Positions 25,667-36,302 of a DNA stretch of 64,000 bases are shown piece by piece (the stretch's first letter is position 1; every line of letters starts with the position of its first letter). The stretch is from Selaginella moellendorffii (taxonomy: Eukaryota > Plantae > Lycopodiophyta), in contig NW_003314346.1 of assembly GCF_000143415.4 (NCBI RefSeq), positions 377,270-441,269 of the forward strand. Direction: 5' to 3'. The notes under the pieces are model-generated. The model was not told the origin of the DNA. It saw nothing but the letters and a program-made list of their open reading frames with translations, and searched no databases. Position numbers and translations under genes: made by a program.

Positions 25667-27122
25667 TTACTGCCAGGCGCAGCTCTCGATCGCGGGCGTT
25701 TCCATCGAGTGCATGCGTTTGCACCAGTGCTGGATCGCTGTGTAGGGGGCCTCGGCCTTCACTCTAGTTGCAAAGGCGCGCGTCAGCATCCCACACTTTG
25801 GATGCAGATCAAAGAGCAACGGATGCAGCTTGACACGGCCAGGGAAAGCTTGCGAGAGCTCCTCAAACGCGGCAGGGACCTGCGCCTGGAAATCGGGAGG
25901 CTCATTCGAGTAGACGAAGCCTGTCAGATCGAGCAGCCTCACGCAATCGCTGCTGCTCAGGAGCTCCCACACAAACTCGACGTCGTCGGCCTCCCAGGAG
26001 CCGCCTATCTCACTCCTGTACGCCGTCTCAATGTGCACAACCAAGGGCGCTTTCCTGTTGCTCCACTCGTCCAGGCTCAGTGCCTATAGATACCAGATCA
26101 ATCATCGTCAAGGACGACTATCAATCTGCTAGAAAGTATATGCATACCTTGATGCTAGACCGAGCGATTCTCACGACCTCGAGTCCCTGGAAGAGCTCCA
26201 GCGAGGTTGAAGGAGCGAGGCTGGAAGTCATGATCCCCCACAAGCACGCTCAGATCCTTGACGCCACCCAAGATCGGCAGCAATGGCAAGACACGCTCCA
26301 TCACGTTGGCGGAGTTCCGGAAGGAGTTCCCGAGCGTGATTGACCTTAGCTTGTTCGACGAGTGGCTCAAACCACAGTATCGCACACGTCCATGCAACCA
26401 CACCCACTCAACGTTCCAGGTAGACGGCCGCAGCTCCACGCACGGCATGGAGACGGAGCTGATGAAGAGCCAGCGGAGGTTGGGCATGTCAATGAACGTT
26501 GGCACCACCGCCACCACCGCAGTCGTCTATCTCCAGGCAATCGCGGCTGTGGCTGGTGAGAGGAGAAGTACCGGGCGCGTCCATCACGAGCGTTCCCAGC
26601 CAAAAGTAGACGAGGGAGGTGGAGCTGCTGCATGGCAGAAACAGTGAAGCTTGTCCTCCTGATGTCGCAGAAGAGGAGATTGAGCAGCGGCGGTGGAGTC
26701 ATGGTGGTGCCAACATCGGCATAGATGTGGAGGCAGCGCAGCTCCTGGCACGCCGAGACGCTGGACCAAAAGTCTTCAAACTTTAGCCTTGCTGTGCCCC
26801 AGATGCTAAGCGAGTGGACAGTTTTCCCCCAGCGAGTGGAGCACACATTCTTTCAGACGCGTGGGAAGCGCTTGATTTCCAAGAAGCGGAGGTTGCTACC
26901 CTGATCTGGATGGAACCAGCGGACGAGTCCCTCCTCGGCCGCAGGGCTTGACGAATCCAGGCGGAAGTGAGTGACCCGCCTCGCCAAATCCTTCCACCTC
27001 TTGCTTACCAGGGCACAGCAATGCAAGTGACGCGAGGAGAGGAGTCGCGCCAAAATCCGCACCAGCAACTCATCCGGGAGGTCGTCCAAACGCCGCCGCT
27101 GCTCCTTGATGCTGCTAGCCAT
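25667..27122 (-). pseudogene. F-box/LRR-like gene, disabled paralog of 29487-30969
   Basis: Same N-terminus (MASSIKE..LDDLPDELLVRI) and same intron position. Has an in-frame TGA at about 26853, a 12-nt deletion and frameshifts relative to the intact copy. Confidence 0.85.
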
Positions 27123-27496
27123 CGAGTGAAGAAACCCTAGGCTGTGTGTCGCACACGTGGCAGACACGTGTCCTCACGGGCAAAAGTTTGGACAAGTAGA
27201 GTATTTGGAGGTGACTTACAATATCACGAGATTTAAAGTATTGTATTAATATTAAATTCAGAAATCCAAAATAAAGTCCTCTCTACTAGCACCTGGTGAT
27301 CATTCGTTTCAAGTTTAGAGAAACAAAGAAAATACCTTGAAGATTAAGGTCTAACGAAACAAAGTCTATGTGGATTTGAGTGGGGCACCTGGGAAGAAGC
27401 GCGAGAAGCTCCGTGAACCGCTCTGGGCCTGAGAGATCAAGAGACACGACGTGCTTGAGAAACAAGTACCTAGCTTATGGATATTTTCTCTGGAAT

Positions 27497-27576
27497 CATG
27501 TTGGCGAGGTAGAGTGCTACGCAGGACGTGGGCGTGGAGCGCGGGATTCCGCGGGTCGCCATACAGCCAGAAGCCG
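27497..27576 (-). pseudogene. Fragment of the 5' end of the PPR gene at 33184
   Basis: Reverse complement ..GTATGGCGACCCGCGGAAT..GCTCCACGCCCACGTCCTGCGTAGCA..TACCTCGCCAACA aligns with gaps to about 33200-33310. Confidence 0.75.
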
Positions 27577-27685
27577 CTCCGTGGCAGCCACGTTGGCAGA
27601 CACGCTGGCAATTGTAAGAACAAAAAAGTGCATTGCTTCGCTGCGATCGTGTTACAAAAGAAAGATCGAGCCTTTCTCCCGTTCA

Positions 27686-28197
27686 TCACTCACGATGAGT
27701 CGGTTTATTCACCTCTTCCTCGCTTCCAGCCGGCTTCTGATCGTGCTCCTTCGAATCGGTGTCTTCTTCCTCCTCCTTGGTGCCGGTGGATTCCTGGGCG
27801 ATTTCCTCATCGCCGATTTCCTCATCCTGCTCCTCCATCTGCTCCTCCATCGAGAAGTTGTCACCCACTCTGGCCTTTGGATCGTCGACAGGAGGGGCTG
27901 GAGGGGCTGCCTGATCGCGCTCTTCTTCTTCACCCCCCCCGTCCTCTACAAAACAAACAGCAGGAAAGCCAAGATTTTGGTACCTTCGTTGTCCGGATCC
28001 AGCAAGAAGTCGAAGATCCCAGAGCCTTTGCTCTTCGTGGACAGGAATCGGCGATGGCGATCAAGAAGCATCGAAGAGGGTGGAGCGCCAACGTGATTGT
28101 GGGGAGCGATTGTTGCATGAGAGCCAGCGAAGACGATCCGCTTGGTAGCAGCAGCACGAGCACAACGCAGGGAGAATGCGAGCATCTTGAGAGCCAT
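27686..28197 (-). CDS. Putative organelle-targeted acidic small protein
   Basis: Transit-peptide-like MALKMLAFSLRCARAAATKR..RRFLSTK joined by a 38-nt GT-AG intron (27946-27983) in frame to an E/D-rich exon. The 3' end is uncertain. Confidence 0.45.
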
Positions 28198-28254
28198 TGT
28201 GCTCGATCGATCGCAACGCAACAGAGAGAAACAAGAGGGATGAATGGCCGTGGC

Positions 28255-29230
28255 CAGATTTTTTTATACTTGTGAATGAGCCAGAGCGTGAGATAAAAAA
28301 GATCAAAAAGGTTACGCTCATCATAATCTAGTTTTCTTGTTTTCTTTTAATAACAATAAGGTTTCTTGTTCTTTTTTCTTTTAATAAAGTGGTATTAAGT
28401 GATACTAAAAATCTGGCAAGAATCTCTTTATACTTGTGAATGAGCCACTGGTTCATTCACAAAGTACGTGTTACGTACTACTAGTGCTAGCGTGAGAGAT
28501 TTGTGATAAGATTTATTGTTTTTCTTTTAATAAAGTGGTATTAAGCGATACTAAAAATCCTTGTATTTCATCCTTGATTGTCCAGAATCTTTTTATACTT
28601 GTGAATGAGCCACTATAAAGTACGTGTTACGTACTACTTGTGATAAGATTTCTTGTTTTCCTTGGTATTAAGCGATATTAAAAATCCTTGTATTTCATCG
28701 TTGATTGTGGCCCGAATATTCTTATACTTGTGAATGAGCCACTGGTTCATTCACAAGGACGTACTACTAGTGCTAGCGATTTCTTGTTTTTCTTTTTGGT
28801 ATTAAGCGAAACTAAAAATCCTTGTATTGATCCTTGATTGTGACCTGAACCTTTTTATACTTGCGAGTGAGCCACTGGTTCATTCACAAAGTACGTGTTA
28901 CGTACTACTAGTGCTAGCGTGAGAGCTTGTGATAAGATTTCTTGTTTTTCTTTTTAATAAAGTGGTATTAAGCGAAACTAAAATTCCTTGTATTGATCCT
29001 TGATTCTGGCCTGAATCTTTTTATACTTGTGAGTGAGCCACCGGTTCATTGACAAAGTACGTGTTACGTACTACTAGTGCTAGTGTGAGAGCTTGTGATA
29101 AGATTTCTTGTTTTTCTTTTTAATAAAGTGGTATTAAGCGAAACTAAAAATCTTTGTATTGATCCTTGCTTGTGGCCTGAATCTTTTTATACTTGTGAAT
29201 GAGCCACTGGTTCACTCACAAAGTACGTTT
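28255..29230. repeat. Tandem array of about 7 units (129-166 bp), most carrying internal hairpins
   Basis: Anchor TACTTG(T/C)GA(A/G)TGAGCCA at 28267, 28431, 28596, 28725, 28858, 29024 and 29190. The intervening sequence is also conserved. Confidence 0.95.
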
Positions 29231-29264
29231 GTAGGCAAAAAAGATAATCAAGAATACAGTTCCC

Positions 29265-29440
29265 GACGTCGAGTCTAAGTCAGGAACGCGTTCTTCACCG
29301 ATGTGTCTTATCTTTCATCTCTTTGGAGGCCAGCCCAGAATGCGTGACAAGGACGATGGCAGCGTCATGACATACAAAGTTCTTGGAGCAATCGTGAGAC
29401 AATACCAGCAAGCCTTCCACTCAGGCATCCTGCGATCCTA
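29265..29440 (+). pseudogene. Fragment of unknown gene X (homologous to 38284-39119)
   Basis: AAGTCAGGAACGCGTTCT..ATCTTTCATCTCTTTG..ATGGCAGC.TCATGACATACAA..GTTCTTGGAG..TTCCACTCAGG matches the reverse complement of about 38635-38785. Confidence 0.75.
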
Positions 29441-29486
29441 AAAATTCTCCTGTTGTTCTCAGGTTGAAAGTTCTTAAGTTTTGTTG

Positions 29487-30969
29487 TCACTGCCAAGCAC
29501 AGCCTTCAAATGCGGATGTTTCCATAGAATGCATGTGTTTGCACCAGTGCTGGATTGCTGTGTATGGAGGCTCCGACTTGAATCTAGCCTCCTGGGTGCG
29601 CCACAGCATCCGACACTGCGCAGGCACATCAAAGAGCAACGGATGTACCTTGATACGACCAGGAAAAGCTTGCGAGAGCACCTCAAAAGCGGCAGGAACT
29701 TGTGGCCGGAAGTCAGGAGGCTCATATCTGTAAACGAAGCCTCTCAAATCGAGCAGCCTCACGCACTCGCTGCTCCTCATGAGTTCCCACAGAAAATCTA
29801 TGTCGTCGCTCTCCCAGATGCCACCACTCTCGCTCCTGAATGCTGCCTCGATGAACACCATCAAGGGCGATTGTCTGCTGCTCCACTTGTCCAGGCTCAG
29901 CGCCTGCAAAGAAAGAAAAACATAAGCGAATCAGTGAAAGTGAGTTAAACACGAATCAACTTACCTTGATGCTTGTACGAGCAATTCTCAAGACCTCGAG
30001 TCCATGGAAGAGCTCTAGAAAGGCTGCGAGCTTAAAGGAGCGAAGCTGGAAGTCGTGATCCCCCACAAGCAAGCTCAACTCCTTGACGCCACCCAAGCTT
30101 GGCACCAATGGCAACACACGCTCCAGCACATTGGCGGGGCTCCGGAAGGAGTTGCTGAGCGTGATCGACTTTAACTTGTTCAATGAGTGACACAGTCCCT
30201 GGTGGCGAACACGTCCATGCAACTGCACCCCCTCGATGTTGCATGTCGAGGGCCGCAGCTCCACGCACGGCCCTGAGCTGACAGTGAGCCACCGGAGATT
30301 GGGCATGTCAATGGCAATGGTGGCAGCGCCGCCACAGCGACTTCGAATCTCCAAACAGTCGAGGCTGCTGCTCTTGAGAAGCTCTACGTGTGATTCCTCC
30401 GGCACTGCCATACTCCCCAGGCAGAAGAAGATGAGCGAGGGACACTGCTCGAGGAGCTGCTGGACGGCACAGACATCCACGACTGTGACGAAGATGACGC
30501 AGTAGAGCAGATTGTGGAGAGCCATAGTTGGCGGCAGCGCGGTGCCAATGCTTGCGTAGACGTGGAGGCAGCGCAGCTCGTGACACTCCGAGACGCTGGA
30601 CCAAAAGTCTTCAAACTTTTGCTTTGGTGGGCGGCGGAGGCGTAGCGAGTGGAGCGTTTTCCCGAGCACCTGTAGCCAGCGAGTGGAGCTCGCATTCTTG
30701 CGGTAGCAGGGGAAGCGTGCGATGTCCAGGTAGCGGAGATTGTTGCCATGATCTGGATGGAACCAGCGGACGAGTCCTTCCTCGGCGGCAGGACTTGACG
30801 AATCCAGGCGGAAGTGAGTGACCCGCGTCGCCAAATCCCTCCACTTCTTGCTTACCAGGCCACAGCAATGCAGGTGACGCGAGGAGAGGAGTCGCGACAT
30901 GATCCGCACCAGCAACACATCCGGGAGATCGTCCAAGCACCTCCGCCGCTCCTTGATGCTGCTAGCCAT
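29487..30969 (-). CDS. F-box/LRR-like (RNI-like) protein, apparently intact, 2 exons
   Basis: F-box LDDLPDVLLVRIMSRL..CGLVSKKW and LRR-like repeats. A phase-0 intron at about 29904-29964 joins the two ORFs without stops. Confidence 0.85.
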
Positions 30970-31209
30970 CGAGTAAAGAAACCCTAGCCTTGGCTGTAGT
31001 TTATATGCTTGCCACGTGGTTAGTGAGCTGGCATCCGGAGATCAAAAAGTATTCATGCTTAATCACTATCTTCTTATAATTCATCCATGGCAAGGTTGTG
31101 AACCATGGAAAACAGAGTAAAAGATTCTGCTCTGGCTCATAATCTTTGTGATGTTACTTTCATTGGATTTCTTGTTCTTTCGTTTTTTTTTGCCCACGAG
31201 ATTTCTTGT

Positions 31210-33135
31210 TTAATCACTGTCTTCTTCAGCGGCACCCGCATTAGCTCCGCCCCCATAGTTCATCCATGGGAAGACGGACTCCACGAAAACAGCAAACGCG
31301 TTCCGGTCTACCAAAGGAACGTCCAAAGGAACCTCCACATTTGGTCCTCCTCCTGCAGCCCCCGCTTCTTCATCCGGAGGCAGCGTGGGTGTTCTATCAG
31401 AGAACTCCGATACTGAAAGATGCTGATACCTGAAAACAAGTAAAGATCAGCAGTGAGCCAAACAAGTTATAAAGTTGGTCACATACTCGTTGTGGTCAGC
31501 TTGGAATGCTTCCGCTCGAGCGCAAGCCCAGGTCGCAGACTCTCCACCCCTCGCTTCACACACGGCCACTGCAGCGTCTTTCAGCCAGGCCTGGAGTTCC
31601 GGGACTCTCCAGATGAGATAATTCCTCTCGATGTAGATGTTGATCAAGTGCTCCAGGCTCGGCCCCCCGGAAGTCGCCCTTGCAAAGTGCCGGTGCTTGA
31701 GCACTTTGCTCCACGCTGCATCCTCCTTAATCGGAGCTCGCGCGACGATCTTGCTCAGCACCGAAGGATGAAGCATCAGAGCCTGCTGCAAGAGATCCGA
31801 GGACGGGACTGTTTCACTGATTGGATTTGGAGCTGCCTCTTCCTTCTGCTCGAGATAGTAGCGCGCAACTGCCAGCGAGAAGGAAAAGTTTGGAAGGAGA
31901 GCCACCGACTGGTCGTCGTAGAAACTCTCCACGAAAGCCTCCAGCCACGAGTACTGCCCCGCTCTCAAAGCGTAGTAGTCGATGCAGAACCTGGCACCAG
32001 TTGGATCGTCTAGATCGAGTGACAGCAGCACCTTGCAAAACTCCATGGCTGTTCGGTGGCAGCCTCGCCTTCCCAGGTGCTGCATGTAGCTGAAGAGAGC
32101 CGAGAAGAGTGGCCGGTTCTCCTTGCACGAGTAGTCGAGCCGGGACTTTCCAGCCAGCGGATCAAACAAGGGACTCCACGCGCATTCCAGTGCGTAGAGG
32201 CACCTCTCCAGCAAGGTGGCCGCTTGCTGGTGCTCGCCAATGTGTTTGTAAACGTCGGCCAAGGCGAGCAGCGAGTCCGCATGGTAAGGATGAGCCAGGA
32301 GCAGCGACGCAATCTTGTTGGGATCGTGGGAGGAGACGCATGCCTCGAATGCCTTCTGGACTTCCAAGTAGTCTGCCGAGTACACGTACCTGGAAAGCAA
32401 GAAACAGCGTCACGTAAAGAGAATCCATAGCTAGTTCTAGCGTAGTACCTGAAAGTCATGACACCGTCCTTGGTGTGAACAAGCTCCATCGACACACCTC
32501 CGTCCCATCTCGGCCAATTCCCCATCGGCACAACCAAGCATTTCCTGCCGCTACGCGGAGCCGAGAGTCTTCCCTGCCGCTGGCGAGCACTCTTTTCCAC
32601 CGAGTGGATCGCCTTGGAGCCGAAGATGAGCCTGAGTTCTTCTTTGGGCCGTAAGTCCTTGGCATCCACCGAGATGACGGCCGCTCGTCTATCCATCTCC
32701 TGCTGCTGGACTGAAACATTCTGCAAGAGCTTGGACAAGATCTCATCGCTCCCCTCTTCCTTGTCAGTCTCTAGTTTACTCGATGCGTCATTCTTCTTGC
32801 TCTTGTTCTTCTTCTTCTTCTTCGTCTTGTTCTTGCTCTTGTTCTTCTCTCCTAGATTGGCATCTGGCTTGGAGATCGCAGGCGCTTCTTCTGCTTCTTC
32901 CTGTTGTTCCACCTCTTCTTCCTCCTCGTTCTCACCGTCCTATAGTTCCTCTGTGAATTCTAAAACCTAGGAGCAAGGAAGAGAGAAACCATACCTGAGC
33001 TGCGAGAAGGCTGAAAATGCTCGGCCCAGCTGATTCCTTGGTGGTGCCGGCGGTAGCGGCGTCATCTTGCTCCTCGTCTTCGTCGATTTGGCTCTCCCGC
33101 TCGCGCAGCGCCCGCCTCAGCATCCGGGCCGACAT
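31210..33135 (-). CDS. TCF25: Transcription factor 25 / Rqc1 (ribosome quality control) homolog, multi-exon
   Basis: MSARMLRR start, acidic and K-rich N-terminus, ELRLIFGSK, HPYHADSLLAL, LERCLYALE, RRGCHRTAMEFCKVLLSLD.DDP.G, NFSFSLAVA. Confidence 0.92.
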
Positions 33136-33183
33136 GGCTGCCAAGCTCCACTTGCCCTAAATTCATTTGGCCGCAATGGAGCA

Positions 33184-35169
33184 ATGCTGGAATACATTGC
33201 CGGGCTTCTCCGGCGGTATGGCGACGCGCGGAATGCCGCCGGTGCCGCGCGGCTCCACGCCCAGATCCTGCGTAGCAGCCAGCGGCACAATGTTTACCTC
33301 GCCAACACTCTCATGCACAGCTATGGCCGCTGCGGCTGCGTGGATGAGGCCCGCCGCGTGTTTGACGCCATCCCCCAGCGCAATCCCTTCTCCTGGAACA
33401 TCCTCGCCACCGCCTACATTCACAATGGATTCCTGCAAGAGGCAAAGCGAGTCCTGGACAGGATGCCGCAGCCCAGCGCGGTGTCGTGGAATCTTATGCT
33501 GGCGGCATACAGCAGGGAGGGGCTTACCGCCGAGGCCAGAGCTATGTTTGATTCCATGCCCGAGCTCAATTCCATGGCCTGGAATTCCATCCTTTCAGGG
33601 TATGCCCATACTGGGCATTGCGTGGCTGAAGTTCTAACCGTGTTCCAACGTATGCCTGGCCACGACGTGATCAGCTGGAATACACTTCTTCTTGCGATCT
33701 CCGAGACAGGTGACGCCGGCGGTACTAAGCGCGTCTTTGACGGCATGGCACAGCGCACTCTAGTATCTTGGACTTGCGCCATGCAAGCAAATGCCAGGAC
33801 CGGGGATGTGGTGGCAGCGAGGGATGTGTTTGACAAGATGCCGCTGCGTGACGTGGTGGCGTGGACAGCCATGCTCCAAGCCTACGCCCAGGATTTGGAT
33901 AGTCTTGAGGCCTTGTTCCGCGTCATGCCGCAGCGTGACGCAGCGTCATGGTCCCTCGTGATCACTGCCTATGGTGAAGGTGGCGACGCATGGAAGGCCA
34001 AGCACACCTTTGATGCCATGCCTGGCAGCTCCAGGAATCTAAGCTGCTGGAACGCTCTGTGCCACGCCTATCTTTACAATGGCCAGCTCGCTGAGGCTGG
34101 CGGTGTGCTCCACCGGATGAGCAAGCGCGACGTGGTGGCGTGGAATGGTATGCTGTCGTGCTGCGTGCAGCGCGGCGAGGTGGAGACCGCCGAGGCGCTG
34201 CTGAGGGACACGCTGCCGGAGAGAAGCCCGGTGAGCTGGAGCACTGTGGTGTGTGGGTATGCACAGAGCCGTGACGCGCGGCACGGCGCGGATGCCAGCC
34301 GCGTCATGGGCTTCATGCCGGCGTGGACGCTTGTGTGCTGCAACGTGATGATCTCCTCGCTAGCACAACGAGGAAAGCTAGATGATGCTCGAGAAATCTT
34401 CCACGGGCTTCCAGCGAGTGAGAGAGACGTAGTGTCATGGACTGCCCTCTTCCATGCTTGTGCTCTCAACAATCGTCTTGACGAAGCCGCACTCGTCTTC
34501 TTCCGCGACATGCCCGACAAGAACCACGTCTCGTGGAATGCCATGGCAGCAGCGTATGCCCGAGCAGGGCATACCGCCGAAGCCAAAGCCGTGCTCGAGC
34601 AAATGCCGTGCCACGACGTTGTAGCTCTAACTGTCATCTTTCACCTCGCCGTCCAGAGCGGCCGCTTGGAACACGCTCGGAGCTTGTTCGACAACGTTGT
34701 GCCGGAGAAGGATCTGGTGGCTTGGAATGCAATGATCGGGGCGTATGCCCAGAACGGGCAAGGTGACGAGGCACTGCTGCTCTACCGCGAAATGCACATC
34801 CAAGGCATGGATCCAGACGACGTGACAATGTCGAGCATTCTGGCAGCACACAGCCGACTCGGCCAAGTCGAGCAAGGGAGAAGCCACTTCGTTGCCATGC
34901 CGATGGATCACGGGATCACGCCATCGGAGGAGCACTACGCGTGCATGGTGGACGCACTGGGACGTTCCGGGCAGCTGGTAGCGGCAGAGGAACTCCTCGC
35001 CACCTTTCCGTTCCATCCCAGCTACGTTGCATGGGGGAGCTTTCTTGCGGGTTGCCGGATCAATCAGGACGTCGCGCGTGGGGAACGAGCTGCACAGATC
35101 GCTGCGGTATTGGATCCCAGCAAGTGTGCACCTTATGTGCTCCTTTCACAATCGCCGAGAGAGCTGTGA
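33184..35169 (+). CDS. PLS-class PPR protein with truncated E domain, no DYW
   Basis: Intronless. Repeated PPR motifs. C-terminal EHYACMVDALGRSG..AWGSFLAGCR..APYVLLS. Confidence 0.95.
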   Translation: MLEYIAGLLRRYGDARNAAGAARLHAQILRSSQRHNVYLANTLMHSYGRCGCVDEARRVFDAIPQRNPFSWNILATAYIHNGFLQEAKRVLDRMPQPSAVSWNLMLAAYSREGLTAEARAMFDSMPELNSMAWNSILSGYAHTGHCVAEVLTVFQRMPGHDVISWNTLLLAISETGDAGGTKRVFDGMAQRTLVSWTCAMQANARTGDVVAARDVFDKMPLRDVVAWTAMLQAYAQDLDSLEALFRVMPQRDAASWSLVITAYGEGGDAWKAKHTFDAMPGSSRNLSCWNALCHAYLYNGQLAEAGGVLHRMSKRDVVAWNGMLSCCVQRGEVETAEALLRDTLPERSPVSWSTVVCGYAQSRDARHGADASRVMGFMPAWTLVCCNVMISSLAQRGKLDDAREIFHGLPASERDVVSWTALFHACALNNRLDEAALVFFRDMPDKNHVSWNAMAAAYARAGHTAEAKAVLEQMPCHDVVALTVIFHLAVQSGRLEHARSLFDNVVPEKDLVAWNAMIGAYAQNGQGDEALLLYREMHIQGMDPDDVTMSSILAAHSRLGQVEQGRSHFVAMPMDHGITPSEEHYACMVDALGRSGQLVAAEELLATFPFHPSYVAWGSFLAGCRINQDVARGERAAQIAAVLDPSKCAPYVLLSQSPREL

Positions 35170-35203
35170 AGCTCAAGAGAAAATGCTCCTGGTAAGCTCT
35201 ACT

Positions 35204-35886
35204 CGCTTCCCTTGCTACTGTAAGAATGCGAAATCCACTCGCTGGCTACAGGTGCTCGGGAAAACGCTCCATGCGCGGCCCACCAAAGCAAAACTTTGAA
35301 GGCTTTTGGTCAGCCTCTCGGAGTGTCACGGGTTGCGCTGCCTCCACATCTACGCCTGGCACCCTGCGAGCTATGGCTCTCCACAACCTCCTCTACTGCG
35401 TTATCTTCATCACAGTCTTGGACGTCTCTGCCGTCCAGCAGCTCCTCGACGAGTGTCCTTGCTCATCTTCTTCTGCGAGGGAGCATGGTGGTGTGGGAGG
35501 AATCACACGTAAAGCTTCTCAAGAGTCGCAGCCTCGACTGGTTGGAGATTCATCGCCATCCATGGATATGCCCAATCTCCAGTGACTCGTTGTCAGCTTG
35601 CGGCTGTGCGTGGAGTTGTGGCCTTTTATGTGCAACGTCGATTAATTGCGGTTGCAGGTAATAGTTTGATTTATTGTGATCGAATGATTTTTTTTCTTTG
35701 CAGGCACTAAACGTGAATGAGTGGAGTGTTCATCTAGGAGTGTTCCTGCTGCATTTGAGGAGCTCTTGCAAAGTTTTCCTGGTTGCAACAAAGTACACAG
35801 GGGATGCTATGGCGCATCCTGGAAGCTAGCTAGAGTTAAGTTTGAGGCTCCAGACACAGCAATCCAGCACTGGTGCAAACTCATGC
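35204..35886 (+). pseudogene. Third F-box-family copy, 5'-truncated (lacks the F-box) and frameshifted
   Basis: RFPCYCKNAKSTRWLQVLGKTLH, MALHNLLYCVIF..SAVQQLL and TAIQHWCK match 29487-30969. Confidence 0.88.
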
Positions 35887-36118
35887 CTCCGCGTCAAAAG
35901 ATGCACTTGGCAGTGACCAAAAATGTAAGTACACTTTTCGCATTGTTCAGAACAGCATAAGATTCTTAGGAACATCACAGCTCAATTGTTCACTCATCAC
36001 ACATCCCTTCCAACCATAACGTATAGGAAAGGGTGAAAGCGTTAAGACTGGGTTGAGAAAGACGTTGAAGTGATCATGCTGTTGCGTAAAGATAAGGATG
36101 CCAGCTACTTATAGGACA

Positions 36119-36198
36119 AAATTAACATCTAGATTCCATCTTAGCTGACTGTAGTACGAAATTAACATCTAGATTCCATCTTAGCTGACTGTAGTACA
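36119..36198. repeat. Near-perfect 40-bp tandem duplication upstream of the lectin gene
   Basis: AAATTAACATCTAGATTCCATCTTAGCTGACTGTAGTAC occurs twice. Confidence 0.95.
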
Positions 36199-36302
36199 AA
36201 CAGACACTACAGTCCTGTTGTGCGTGTTTCACGTTGCCCATAGGTACTACAAAAGGATACCACACCATAAAAGGATGACTCGTTCATCTGTGTGTAGGGA
36301 AA

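Noticed and set aside
28255-29230. CRISPR-like array (palindromic repeat at regular spacing)
   Set aside because: The intervening sequences are copies of each other rather than unique spacers, the period is too long, there are no cas genes, and the context is eukaryotic.
33067-33183. N-terminal extension of the 700-aa PPR ORF
   Set aside because: It has a non-ATG start and overlaps TCF25 exon 1 on the antisense strand. The first ATG is at 33184.
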